Assembly: GCA_902774115.1 (NCBI GenBank)
Contig: CACYHH010000001.1
Location: forward strand, 538,297-602,296
Length of the DNA stretch: 64,000 bases
Reading direction: 5' to 3'
Source of the DNA: an uncultured Spirochaetales bacterium
GTDB taxonomy: Bacteria; UBP6; UBA1177
This document shows positions 28,155-37,750 of the stretch, in pieces. Position 1 is the first letter of the stretch; the number at the start of each line of letters is the position of its first letter. The notes below the pieces were generated by a model. That model did not search any database. It worked only from the letters and a program-made list of their open reading frames with translations, and was not told the DNA's origin. Both the position numbers and the translations under genes were made by a program.

Positions 28155-28878
28155 CCGAAGTTTCCGTCTTTTCTTCTTTGTTTTCTATTTTGAAGTATTC
28201 CTCTTTCGGTTTCGGAGGACATTTTTTATTAAGTTCTTCAATTCTTTTCAGATTTTTGTCAGCCGTAACTTTAAAATTTCCTTCAATGTGCTGAAGTCTT
28301 AAGAATACACCGGCACATTTTTTTCTTTTTGCATAAAATTCGGCGATTCTCAAATCCTTTTCAATGAGAATTCCTTCCGCCTCTTCAAGTTTTTTCTTTC
28401 CTTCTTCAATGTTTTTGTCTTCAGGATATTTCTCAAGGTATTCCCTGTAAAGCATGACTGCAGTTTCAACTACCGAAATATCGCGTTCAGCCGGATTCGG
28501 CAGAAGAAAAAAGTCTGACGGTTTCTGCGCCAGATAGCTGTGTGCTTTGAAAAGAAGCGCCTCCGGTGCCGATTCGTGGTTAGGGTGACGTTTCAGAAAA
28601 GTCTCAAAAACCGTTATCGCCGACATATACTCTTCTTTTTTGTAGTAAGTCTTGCCGAGAGCAACAGTTGCAAAAGGTTCGTATTTACTGTAGCTGAAAT
28701 CTGAAATGACTTTCATGAAACGGTTTTCTGCATTGGTCAGATCACCTTTTTCAAGGTAAAACACACCTTCCTGATAGATTTTATCCGCATCAGATTCTGT
28801 ACTTTTTATCACCGGAGTCTTGCTGCAAGAAAAAAGAACCGCTGAAAGTGCGGCAAGAAGAAAAAATATTTTTTTCAT
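28123..28878 (-). CDS. bamD: TPR-repeat outer-membrane lipoprotein, BamD-like
   Basis: The lipobox is LFSCS. The TPR pattern YQEGVFYLEKGDLTNAENRFMKVISDFSYSKYEPFATVALGKTYYK resembles BamD/YfiO. The start is taken at the internal MKKIFF, not the ORF-track start. Confidence 0.5.
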   Translation of the reverse strand: MKKIFFLLAALSAVLFSCSKTPVIKSTESDADKIYQEGVFYLEKGDLTNAENRFMKVISDFSYSKYEPFATVALGKTYYKKEEYMSAITVFETFLKRHPNHESAPEALLFKAHSYLAQKPSDFFLLPNPAERDISVVETAVMLYREYLEKYPEDKNIEEGKKKLEEAEGILIEKDLRIAEFYAKRKKCAGVFLRLQHIEGNFKVTADKNLKRIEELNKKCPPKPKEEYFKIENKEEKTETSDEGTENKNDE

Positions 28879-29585
28879 TATAAAGTTCCTCTCTTGACTG
28901 CACGGATCGAGCCGAGTTCGACCCATCCTTCGACATTGTCCTGAAAACCTTTTACTTTGTACCATGAGCCGCTTGACGAAACGACGTTTATTATTTCGCC
29001 CTCCCGGATCTTTCCTATTTCCTTGAGCGACGAGTCGGGACCGCTCCGAAGAAGTTCACCTTTCACTGCAACCGCCCAGTTTTCCTTAAGATTTTCGTTA
29101 TAATTGAGATAGTATAAAGTTGCGCTGACACACATGACGAGAAAAACCGGAAGAAGCATTATCTTCAGCCGCCAGTCGCTTTTTAAACATAGGATGGTAA
29201 GGATCGCAGCAAATGCGTAAAGCGAGATAAAGAAAATTACAAGAATAGCATCAACCGCGAAAACAGGAGTCGTCAGCATTTTCGGAACAGCTATTCCAAG
29301 GTCTGAGACAACTATGTCCAGATTGTTTTTCGCTTCGGCAAAATCCGGTGCATTCTGGAGAGCCTGCAGATAAAAATAAAGAGCCTCCCCTTTTCTGCCC
29401 AAAGCTTCAGATGTTACTCCGAGATTGTATGAGTACAGCGGATCGCTGCTGTTTTCGGCGAATTTCGAGTAAAAAGCGTTGTATGCACCGGCATAGTCTT
29501 TTTTTATATAAAGCGAAAATCCGTCTTCGGCAAAAAGAAGCGTGGAAAAAATTAAAAGACAAATGAATATGATTTTTTTCATCAT
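28878..29585 (-). CDS. batE: BatE-like protein (TPR repeats, transmembrane segment, C-terminal SH3b domain)
   Basis: The domain order and its position at the end of the batABCD cluster match BatE. Confidence 0.6.
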   Translation of the reverse strand: MMKKIIFICLLIFSTLLFAEDGFSLYIKKDYAGAYNAFYSKFAENSSDPLYSYNLGVTSEALGRKGEALYFYLQALQNAPDFAEAKNNLDIVVSDLGIAVPKMLTTPVFAVDAILVIFFISLYAFAAILTILCLKSDWRLKIMLLPVFLVMCVSATLYYLNYNENLKENWAVAVKGELLRSGPDSSLKEIGKIREGEIINVVSSSGSWYKVKGFQDNVEGWVELGSIRAVKRGTL

Positions 29586-31369
29586 TTTTTGAGGCCTCTC
29601 GGTTCAAGGAGCTTTACCGCTTCATTTTTCAATTCTTCGACATTGGCATTTGACATTCCGGAATAGGATATCTGCTCAATTTTTCTAATAAAATCTGTTA
29701 TTTCATCAATTTTGCCGTTGTATTTCTGCTTAAGCGAATTGATTCTTTCACCTTTGATCTTTATTCCGTAAAGATCTTCAAGCGCATCGTAGAAATCATT
29801 CAGAAGTTCAGCGGAATCTTTTGCGTTTATTATTTTATTCTTCCACTTATTCATTTTCGCGCCTGTTGAAAGAGCTCTGTAGGATCTCATTTTGACTTTC
29901 ATTCTTATAATAAATGCCGCAAGAACGATCGCAAACGGAATGAGTATCGCGAGCCTGAACCACTTTTTTTCGGTGAGCGGGCTGATCTCATACTTTTTGA
30001 CATTTGCCGGAAGTTCCTTCAGAAGCTCAAAGGAAACGGCTTCCTTTTCTTCTGCGGAGTTGTCTTCTACACCGCTTGTTTCTTTGACGTTCACTCTGAT
30101 TCCGGCAAGGTCCGGTTTTTGCCAGCCGTTTTCGCGGCTGAAAAACTCGAACGCCTTCACTTTTATCGAAGTTTCCCCTTTTTTCAGACCTTTGACCATG
30201 AATTTGTAGGTCTTTGTTCCGCAGTAACCTTTCGGAGTCACCGAAACAGAAGAATTTATTTCGGGCGAGAATATTTTTAAATTCGGATTACTTTCAAGTG
30301 CTATTTCTGCGTCCTGGAAGTTTCCGCAGCCCTTTATTGAAAAAGTCAGCGTTTCCAGCATGTTGTCTTTATCGAGAGTAAGATTTTCCTTGTCTGCCGA
30401 AACAGTAAAATCACCGAAAATTCCGTTTTTGTGCTTCAACAATTCAGGCATCGGTTTCAGAGGGATCCTGACACCTATAGAAGAAACCGTAACCTTCCTT
30501 GCTGAAAAGAAGGAGCCGGCAATGAGATCCATTATCAACTGCGTTCCTTCAATAAAATCCATGGTACCGTCAGGAATGAGAATGTATGTTCCCAACAGTG
30601 CGTAATCGTAAACTCTGCCGTCAATACTGATTCTTTTATTAAAATTGACCATCTTCTCAACTTTTTCATCTTTCCAGCAGTTGTCGAAAACAGGTGACTT
30701 GTATGCATTCACATCAGAAATAGAATTTGGTTTCACAAAAAGGTAATAAGTAACAGCAAGCGGTTCACCTGCATAAAGATCATTCGCCGGATTCACGATA
30801 GTTCTGATAAAATAATCGGGAGTTTTCTTTTCCCATTCGCTGAGAGGAGCCATCAACGAATTTGCCCGTTTTTCATAGTAATTTTCATTTGTTGTGTCAG
30901 TTTCCGCTTCGTTTTGAGGCGCATTCTGGGCACTGTTTGAGTTTGACGGAGCACTGCTGCCGCCCTGCCCTGTTACCGTTATCGTAACTTTGTTCGACTT
31001 TATCGTTTTCCCTTTTACTTTGAGCGCTGCCGGACCGATCTCAAAAACTCCGGCTTTTTCGGCACGCAGAGCATAAGAGTAAGTTATCGAGCTTTTTTTC
31101 TCGAACTTTCCGTTGATTATGCTTATCGAATTTGACTGCGACTGCGAACGGTTTTCGACCGTGAAATTGGCAAAATCGGGCTCTTCGATCGAATCGAACG
31201 AACCTTCCGCCGTGAGAACGAATCCGAAAAGAGCGTCAGTCTGCACGATTTCGCTGTCAGTCGAAAGCGTTATCGACTGCGCAAAAGCGAAAAACGGCAA
31301 TAAAATCAATGCCGCAAAGACCATTTTTTTTATAATAAAATCACTCAATTTTCCCTCAAAAATCACCAA
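29582..31369 (-). CDS. batD: BatD-like protein (aerotolerance operon large membrane-anchored protein)
   Basis: A 595-aa protein with a signal peptide and a transmembrane helix near the C-terminus. Position in the Bat cluster supports the call. Confidence 0.6.
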   Translation of the reverse strand: MVIFEGKLSDFIIKKMVFAALILLPFFAFAQSITLSTDSEIVQTDALFGFVLTAEGSFDSIEEPDFANFTVENRSQSQSNSISIINGKFEKKSSITYSYALRAEKAGVFEIGPAALKVKGKTIKSNKVTITVTGQGGSSAPSNSNSAQNAPQNEAETDTTNENYYEKRANSLMAPLSEWEKKTPDYFIRTIVNPANDLYAGEPLAVTYYLFVKPNSISDVNAYKSPVFDNCWKDEKVEKMVNFNKRISIDGRVYDYALLGTYILIPDGTMDFIEGTQLIMDLIAGSFFSARKVTVSSIGVRIPLKPMPELLKHKNGIFGDFTVSADKENLTLDKDNMLETLTFSIKGCGNFQDAEIALESNPNLKIFSPEINSSVSVTPKGYCGTKTYKFMVKGLKKGETSIKVKAFEFFSRENGWQKPDLAGIRVNVKETSGVEDNSAEEKEAVSFELLKELPANVKKYEISPLTEKKWFRLAILIPFAIVLAAFIIRMKVKMRSYRALSTGAKMNKWKNKIINAKDSAELLNDFYDALEDLYGIKIKGERINSLKQKYNGKIDEITDFIRKIEQISYSGMSNANVEELKNEAVKLLEPRGLKK

Positions 31370-32232
31370 GTCTGATCACTGCCCGACTTTTGCTCCTTCT
31401 TTAGCATGAAAGGAGATATTTGCAAATTTTTCCGCTGTTTGAACTGCTTCAGAACAGAGCTTTCCTTTGCTTTGTCGTCGTTTTGCTGCTCGTCATCCTG
31501 CTCTTCCGCAGCGGCACTCTGGTTTTCTTCGTCCTGAGTTTCGTTATCTTCGTCGTTCATGCCGGAATTCTGCTCGTCATCGTTCCCTTTGTTATTTTCA
31601 TCATTTTGTTCGGCAGACTCTTGATTTTGTTCATCTTTCTGCTCATTGTCAGGATTCTCATTCTGTTCTTTTTCGTCCTGTTTTTCCTTTTCTTCCTGAT
31701 CCTGCTGTTCCTGATTCTGATCTTTATTCTCTTGATCCTGCTGATCCTGGTTTTCCTGATCTTCGTTTTTCTGCTGATCCTGCTCTTTCTGCTGCGCGAT
31801 TATTCTTCTAACAATTTCAAGATTTTCGGCAGATTCTTTGCTCGGTTCCTCTTCGAGCGATTTCATGTAAAATTTTTCGGCATCCTGATATTTTCCGAGC
31901 CCTGCAAAGGAGTTTCCCATGTTATGGAATATTTTCGAGCGGAGATTTTCGGTCGTTTTTCCCGTTTCAAGCGATTTTTTGTAAGCCTCGAGCGACTCTT
32001 CAAATTTCTGCTGACTTTGAAGCGCATTTCCCAAGTCGTAATATGCTTCTGCGTTGTTCTCAAGCCGTTTTGCCGCCTTATCGAATTCTTTTTCGGCTTC
32101 AGCCATCTCTCCGACGGCATACTTTTTTCTCCCTTCACGGCTTTCGGGCGCCTCTTTTTCAAAAAGAGAAAATGCCTGTAAAAACAAGGGCATAAACACA
32201 AAAATCAAGAGAATTGAGAATCTATTTTTCAT
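31363..32232 (-). CDS. batC: BatC-like TPR protein with a ~120-aa acidic Q/E/D/N-rich low-complexity tail
   Basis: The TPR region is AYYDLGNALQSQQKFEESLEAYKKSLETGK. The tail reads QDQQKNEDQENQDQQDQENKDQNQEQQDQEEKEKQDEKEQNENPDNEQKDEQNQ... The start is taken at the internal MKNRFSILL. Confidence 0.6.
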   Translation of the reverse strand: MKNRFSILLIFVFMPLFLQAFSLFEKEAPESREGRKKYAVGEMAEAEKEFDKAAKRLENNAEAYYDLGNALQSQQKFEESLEAYKKSLETGKTTENLRSKIFHNMGNSFAGLGKYQDAEKFYMKSLEEEPSKESAENLEIVRRIIAQQKEQDQQKNEDQENQDQQDQENKDQNQEQQDQEEKEKQDEKEQNENPDNEQKDEQNQESAEQNDENNKGNDDEQNSGMNDEDNETQDEENQSAAAEEQDDEQQNDDKAKESSVLKQFKQRKNLQISPFMLKKEQKSGSDQTW

Positions 32233-33205
32233 GTTTGCCTCCCCGTCCCGCAAAAGAGAGAAGATAGTAGACAAAAAAGGCTATTATTCCGAAAAGAAGC
32301 GGGATCTGGAACCGTTCCTTGTATATGTTCACGATCCTGCTCTCTCCGCGCGAACTCTTTTTAAAATTTTTGATGTAAGAACTCAGAGTATCCCCTTTTT
32401 TGATTTCGACCGCACCTAAAACCGAGATGCACTTGTCAAAGAAACCTTTATCAATTTTTGAGATAACGGTCTGATTTCTTTTATCTTTCAGATAACTGTC
32501 GCCGATCTTCACGGGTGCTCCGTCTTCGGTTCCGAGCGGAAGAAGCGCGAGATGGATATTTTCTTTTTCTACGAGCTCCTTCATTTTTCCGAAATCGAGC
32601 GAGGGATCCTCACCGTCAGAAATTATTATTATCATTTTGTCGGAAGTTTCGGGCGATGATTTCAAAGTGTCGGCGGCAAGTTCCATAGCCGTTCCGAGCG
32701 CGGTTCCCTGACGCTCGATCATTCCCGGTTCAAGCACCGAAACGACAGTTTGCAGCGTTTCGTAGTCGTCTGTGAGCGGCAGCTGCAGGAAAGCGGCTCC
32801 GGCAAAAGGAATTATCGCGACTCTGTCACCACCGAGCGAATTGAGAACATCGATCAGCATCATCTTTCCTTTCTCGAAACGAGGTCCGTTCTCGTCCTCT
32901 GCGAACATACTGAGGCTCACGTCAAAGACAACGGCGATATCGATGCCTGTTGAATTTGTGTTTATTTCCTCGCCTCCCGTCATCGGCCGCGCCGCTGCGA
33001 CGGTGAAAAGCGAAAGAGCTGTAAAGATAAGGATCCGTTTCAAAACAAGGTTCTTACTTCCTGTGATCACAGCTTTCTTTAACTGGGATTTTGCGAAAAA
33101 CTTCTTGAAATTATTGCGTTTTTTTGTGCAATAGACGATCCAGAAAACAATAATCGGAATCCATACGACAGCGGAAAGCAGGATCTTCCAGTTATAGAAC
33201 ATCAT
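32222..33205 (-). CDS. batB: BatB-like von Willebrand factor A domain protein
   Basis: The vWA MIDAS motif is DIAVVFDVSLSM, with N-terminal transmembrane helices. Confidence 0.7.
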   Translation of the reverse strand: MMFYNWKILLSAVVWIPIIVFWIVYCTKKRNNFKKFFAKSQLKKAVITGSKNLVLKRILIFTALSLFTVAAARPMTGGEEINTNSTGIDIAVVFDVSLSMFAEDENGPRFEKGKMMLIDVLNSLGGDRVAIIPFAGAAFLQLPLTDDYETLQTVVSVLEPGMIERQGTALGTAMELAADTLKSSPETSDKMIIIISDGEDPSLDFGKMKELVEKENIHLALLPLGTEDGAPVKIGDSYLKDKRNQTVISKIDKGFFDKCISVLGAVEIKKGDTLSSYIKNFKKSSRGESRIVNIYKERFQIPLLFGIIAFFVYYLLSFAGRGGKHEK

Positions 33206-34194
33206 CTTTCCACCTCCGGATAAATTTTGAATATCATTGAGAAAATTCTGGCAAAAAGAATAAGAATCATTGCAAGGATTATAAAATCCGGAGCATATTC
33301 GTTGTAGATTTTAAGTTTTCTTGCCGGGATCGGGCTTTTTTCAAGCTCGTCGATGTCTTTGAACGCTTTTTGAAGCTCTTCAGTTGAAATAGACTGATAG
33401 AACTTTCCGCCCGATTTATCCGAAATATTCCTTAAAAGTTCAGGATTTACCTTCATCTGCACTTTCTGGAAAGTGTCGCGCCCGAAAAAGTCCTTCCCGG
33501 CAGGGAAAGGAACCAAGCCGTTCGTGCCGATGAGGATCGAATAAACTTTTACCCCTTGTTTGGCAGCGAGATTTGCTGCGGTTTCAGGGCTTATGTTGCC
33601 GGCATTGTTGTCACCGTCGGTAAGCAAAATGATAACTTTGCTTTTCGCTTTGCTGCTTTCAAGACGCGAAAGAGCGAGTCCGAGACCGTTTCCGATAGCC
33701 GTTCCGTCTTCGATCACGCCAGTCGTAACTCTCGCAAGAAGTTCGCTGAAAATATCATAATCAGTCGTAAGCGGAACCTGCAGGAAGCTCTCTTTTGCAA
33801 AGAAAACAAGACCGAGCCTGTCGCTTTTTCTCCCTTTGACGAATTCTTCGATTATATTTTTTGCCGCCGTGATCCTGTTTTTCGGCTGGAAGTCGAGAGC
33901 TTCCATAGAACCCGAAACATCGAGCGCAATCATTATATCCTTTCCTTCGACAGGCGGAGTCACCGTTTTTTCAAGCGTAACAGGGCGTGCAAGAGCGAAA
34001 ACAAGGATAAAAAGTGCCAAAAAATCGAAAAACTGCGGCAGAAAATATTTTGCGTTTGCTTTGCTGCGCAGAAAATGAAAATTAGTGAACGCCACTGAAT
34101 TTCTTCTGGTTTTTGATTTGATGAGTCCGACCGCAAGAAGAATTAGCGGAATCCACAAAAGTAGAAAAAGAGGCTCAAGCGGAAACATGATCAA
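33202..34194 (-). CDS. batA: BatA-like von Willebrand factor A domain protein
   Basis: The vWA MIDAS motif is MIALDVSGSM, with two N-terminal transmembrane helices and a C-terminal transmembrane helix. Confidence 0.7.
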   Translation of the reverse strand: MIMFPLEPLFLLLWIPLILLAVGLIKSKTRRNSVAFTNFHFLRSKANAKYFLPQFFDFLALFILVFALARPVTLEKTVTPPVEGKDIMIALDVSGSMEALDFQPKNRITAAKNIIEEFVKGRKSDRLGLVFFAKESFLQVPLTTDYDIFSELLARVTTGVIEDGTAIGNGLGLALSRLESSKAKSKVIILLTDGDNNAGNISPETAANLAAKQGVKVYSILIGTNGLVPFPAGKDFFGRDTFQKVQMKVNPELLRNISDKSGGKFYQSISTEELQKAFKDIDELEKSPIPARKLKIYNEYAPDFIILAMILILFARIFSMIFKIYPEVER

Positions 34195-35023
34195 CCTCCT
34201 TTTTCTTCAAGAAAGCGCGGAAACCGTCGATCAGGGAATCGAAATCTTCAGGTTTCAGCGGCTCGTCTGCAAATTTGTATCTGTCGGCAAGATTGAGGAT
34301 TGCAAGGATTTCGTCGGTATTTCCCGAAAAAACATGGTCGCGTTTTAAAGCGCGTTTGACTTCAAAAGTTGTCATTTCAACATAATTTTTGTGTGATCTC
34401 AGTGACATATAAGTTTTCATCCCGAGCGTGACAAGGTCTGTAAAGCTCTCAAAATCGCCTTCTTTTCTTTTTGCTTCAGCCTTTTTTATGAACTCTTTTG
34501 CAACTTCGGCAGGAACAACTTCGGGCACTTTCTCGACCGCCTTTTTAGCAAATTTCTTTTTGAGTTTTATAAACGCGAAAACAAGCGCGGCGGCAAGGAG
34601 CAATGCGGCTGCAGCATAAAGCAGCGTGTAGTCTTTTTCGCGGATCTCGGCATTTTCCCTGAGCCCGCGGAGTTCCGTGTCGCTCTCTTCAGTTCTCGTC
34701 TGAACTGTGATTTTGAAAGGCTCGACCGTTCCCGAAACGCCGCCCGAAACGATATTTATTTCGGGAATTTCGATTTCACCGCTTTTGAAAACGACAATTT
34801 TGAGCAGAACCGCGTCCTTTTCAGGCGTTGCCTCGACTTTTCTGATTTTTGCATCGGCAAATTTTTCATTAAAAACCGCAGAAATGTTTTCAGAGGGCTG
34901 GATTTTGACTTTTACGGCAATTTCATCGCCTAAAAAAACATCGCCGCCTGGAATTTCAGGCGAAAAACTTTCGGCAAAAACTGAAAAACTCAGAAAAACT
35001 ATAACAAAAATCAGCTTTTTCAC
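34175..35023 (-). CDS. Membrane protein preceding batA (DUF4381-like position)
   Basis: It has a signal peptide and a transmembrane segment, and it overlaps the batA start. Confidence 0.45.
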   Translation of the reverse strand: MKKLIFVIVFLSFSVFAESFSPEIPGGDVFLGDEIAVKVKIQPSENISAVFNEKFADAKIRKVEATPEKDAVLLKIVVFKSGEIEIPEINIVSGGVSGTVEPFKITVQTRTEESDTELRGLRENAEIREKDYTLLYAAAALLLAAALVFAFIKLKKKFAKKAVEKVPEVVPAEVAKEFIKKAEAKRKEGDFESFTDLVTLGMKTYMSLRSHKNYVEMTTFEVKRALKRDHVFSGNTDEILAILNLADRYKFADEPLKPEDFDSLIDGFRAFLKKKEVDHVSA

Positions 35024-35108
35024 AGCATCCTCACGCGAAACAGACCAAAAAACCGCGTAAACAACATTAAATAAGACGATTTTATTTCACAAAAATCAAT
35101 TTTAAGGG

Positions 35109-35804
35109 CTAAAAATCCACTTTCCCCGCCTCTGCTGCTCTGCCGACGATTTCGAGGAACTCTTTTCTCGGGATAAATTCGGCTCCGAGCGACTTCAAAT
35201 GCTCTGTCTCCACCTGGCAGTCGATTACGGGGCAGCCGATCTCGCGAAGTTTGCTCACAAATGTGATGAAAGCGGCTTTCGATGCGTTCGGATAAGTCGA
35301 AAACATGCTTTCGCCGAAAAACGCCTTCCCTATCATCACGCCGTAAAGCCCGCCTGCAAGGATGTCGGTTCCGGTAAGCCAGCTTTCGACGCTAACCGCA
35401 TAGCCCAGAACATGAAGGCGGTTGTAGGCCTTTTCCATGTCGTCGGTGATCCAGGTCCCTTCCTGATGAACTCTAACTTCGTGGCGGCAGCGGCTTATGA
35501 CCTGCGGAAAGGCGGTGTTGACAGTCACCGTGAATTCGCCCGATTTAAGAACTTTTTTCATGCTTTTCGAAATGTGGAGTTTTTCAGGAAAAAGGACAAA
35601 GCGCGGATCGGGCGACCACCAGAGGATCTTGCTTCCTTGATATGAAATTCTGCTTTCATCCGAATACCACGGAAAAATCCCCGACTTGTAGGCAAGAAGA
35701 AGCCTTTCCGGCCTCAAATCGCCACCGATCGCCAGAAAACCGTCAGGCTCGGCATTCTCGACAGGAGGAAAACCGATTGAACTTTTCGAAAGGTAGTAAA
35801 TCAT
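35109..35804 (-). CDS. aat: Leucyl/phenylalanyl-tRNA--protein transferase
   Basis: The blocks GIFPWYSDE and GLYGVMIGKAFFGESMFS are typical of L/F-transferase. Confidence 0.85.
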   Translation of the reverse strand: MIYYLSKSSIGFPPVENAEPDGFLAIGGDLRPERLLLAYKSGIFPWYSDESRISYQGSKILWWSPDPRFVLFPEKLHISKSMKKVLKSGEFTVTVNTAFPQVISRCRHEVRVHQEGTWITDDMEKAYNRLHVLGYAVSVESWLTGTDILAGGLYGVMIGKAFFGESMFSTYPNASKAAFITFVSKLREIGCPVIDCQVETEHLKSLGAEFIPRKEFLEIVGRAAEAGKVDF

Positions 35805-35905
35805 TTATCCCCGCACAAAAAACGGCGCAATTTATCAGAAGAACGCCTTTTCTGCAATTGTTATTTTAATTTTTTTGTGTATATTTGCCTGTTTTTGGAG
35901 GGAAA

Positions 35906-36694
35906 ATGGAAAGTTCAGACAAAATTTTCTGCGGAATCGACATCGGATCGAGAACAGGCAAAATCGTTCTCATCAACAATAAAAAAGAGATGATTTTTTC
36001 GGAAATCATAAAAACTGTCGCATCCGCGGCCAAAACTTACGCGGGACTGACTGAGCTGATACCGGAAAATCTTAAAAATATCACGGCTTCGGCTGTCACA
36101 GGCTACGGCAGGGAAAGCACGAAAACGATGACCGATTTTTCTGCGACCGAAATCACATGTCACTATCTCGGAGTTCTTCACGCACACCCTGAAATCAAAA
36201 CCATAATCGATATCGGAGGACAGGACAGCAAAGTTATAACTATCGATAATCACGAAAGAATCAAAGATTTCGCAATGAATGACCGCTGCGCCGCGGGAAC
36301 CGGAAGATTCCTGGAAGTCATGATGGAGCGGATCGGTTTTTCGATTGAAGAATTCGCAAATCTCGACATTTCGGAAGTCGAACCTGTAAAAATCAACTCA
36401 ACCTGCACGGTTTTTGCGGAAAGCGAAGTGATTTCAATGGTTTCTCGTGATGTTCCGCAGAATGTCATAGCTTCTTCGCTTGCGAGAATGGTTGCGGCAA
36501 ACACATTTTTCATGGCACGCAAAACACGCCCCGAAGCGCCATTTTTCATGTCAGGCGGTGTCTCAAGGCTCGCTCCTGTAAGATTCCACCTTGAAAAACT
36601 CTTCGGAGCTGAAATAAAAACCGATAAATTTTCACAACTTATGGGCGCTCTCGGTGCAGCGCTCTTTGCAATGAAGGAAACGGAGAAAAAATGA
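35906..36694 (+). CDS. BadF/BadG/BcrA/BcrD-type ATPase (CoA-substrate-specific enzyme activase-like)
   Basis: The ASKHA-fold N-terminus is CGIDIGSRTGKIVLI, followed by DIGGQDSKVI and the conserved cysteine in DRCAAGTGRFLE. Confidence 0.7.
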   Translation: MESSDKIFCGIDIGSRTGKIVLINNKKEMIFSEIIKTVASAAKTYAGLTELIPENLKNITASAVTGYGRESTKTMTDFSATEITCHYLGVLHAHPEIKTIIDIGGQDSKVITIDNHERIKDFAMNDRCAAGTGRFLEVMMERIGFSIEEFANLDISEVEPVKINSTCTVFAESEVISMVSRDVPQNVIASSLARMVAANTFFMARKTRPEAPFFMSGGVSRLAPVRFHLEKLFGAEIKTDKFSQLMGALGAALFAMKETEKK

Positions 36695-36915
36695 AGAAAA
36701 GAATCATCGCGATCGTCATAATTCTCATTGTTTCGGCATTTTTCATCGCCCGCACTTTCACCGCCGAAATCGATGAATACGGCACAAAAGAGACCGATCT
36801 CGTCAAAGCTGCCGGCAAAAATATCTGTATGAGCTGCATCGGCTTATACGATGAAAACATCTTTGAAAAGATTCTCGAAAAATTCGGCATTAAAGAGAAA
36901 AAGGAGGCAGAATGA
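36691..36915 (+). CDS. Small membrane protein (74 aa) with a CMSC motif
   Basis: ATGA overlaps on both sides couple it to the flanking genes. It has one transmembrane helix. Confidence 0.4.
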   Translation: MKKRIIAIVIILIVSAFFIARTFTAEIDEYGTKETDLVKAAGKNICMSCIGLYDENIFEKILEKFGIKEKKEAE

Positions 36916-37748
36916 CAAAAAATACGTCTTCTTTTTTAAACAAGTTGAAAATTGCAGGCATAAAAAGAAGTTTTATACAGCTGCTCTTCTTAATAATACA
37001 GAATCCGTTTATCTCCAACTTCCTTTCAGGCAAACCATACAACGGCCCGACAAAGACTTTCTGTGCTCCCGGACTCCACTGTTACAGCTGTCCGTCGATG
37101 GCTTTCGGGTGCCCGCTCGGAACTTTGCAGTATGTCATAAAATATGCCTCCATGATTCCGTTTTTCGCACTCGGAACACTCTCTGCAGCAGGCGCTATAC
37201 TCGGAAGAGCGACCTGTGCCTATGTCTGTCCGTTCGGATTTTTTCAGGAAATTCTTTATTCGATTTCTCCGTGGAAAAATATAGAAGCAAAACTGCCGCA
37301 GAAATTCCGTTATATAAAATGGTTTAATCTTTTCTTTTTCGTTCTCTTAATTCCCGCTTTCGGACTTGCTCAGGGCTTCTGTGCATACGTCTGCCCCTCC
37401 GGACTTATCGTCGCAGGCATCCCGATAATCGCCGCAAATTCCGGTTTGCGGGCTTCGATCGGACTCACTTTCTGGTGGAAAACAGCTCTCACGATTTTCT
37501 TCGTAATTTATTTTATGAGAGAAAAAAGAGCCTTCTGCCGCTACATCTGTCCTCTCGGACTCATTTTGGGATTTTTCAACCGCGTTTCACTTTTACAAAT
37601 CAAATTGAATCAAAATAAATGCATCTCATGTTCCGCATGCAAAAAACACTGCCCCATGGGTATTGACCCCGTAAAAGAAGTCAATTCGATCGAATGCATC
37701 AAATGCGGCGACTGCGTCAGAGTATGTCCGGTGAATAAGAATAAATAA
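36912..37748 (+). CDS. Membrane-bound polyferredoxin (4Fe-4S binding protein, NapH/MauN-like)
   Basis: The cysteine clusters are CAPGLHCYSCPSMAFGCP, CAYVCPFG, CAYVCPSG, CRYICPLG, CISCSACKKHCP and CIKCGDCVRVCP, with several transmembrane helices. Confidence 0.65.
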   Translation: MTKNTSSFLNKLKIAGIKRSFIQLLFLIIQNPFISNFLSGKPYNGPTKTFCAPGLHCYSCPSMAFGCPLGTLQYVIKYASMIPFFALGTLSAAGAILGRATCAYVCPFGFFQEILYSISPWKNIEAKLPQKFRYIKWFNLFFFVLLIPAFGLAQGFCAYVCPSGLIVAGIPIIAANSGLRASIGLTFWWKTALTIFFVIYFMREKRAFCRYICPLGLILGFFNRVSLLQIKLNQNKCISCSACKKHCPMGIDPVKEVNSIECIKCGDCVRVCPVNKNK

Positions 37749-37750
37749 CC

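Noticed and set aside
31420-32181. 253-aa plus-strand ORF full of L/I/F/V repeats
   Set aside because: It is the mirror-strand reading of the BatC acidic low-complexity tail, so it is an artefact of the repetitive GAT/CAG tract and not a gene.
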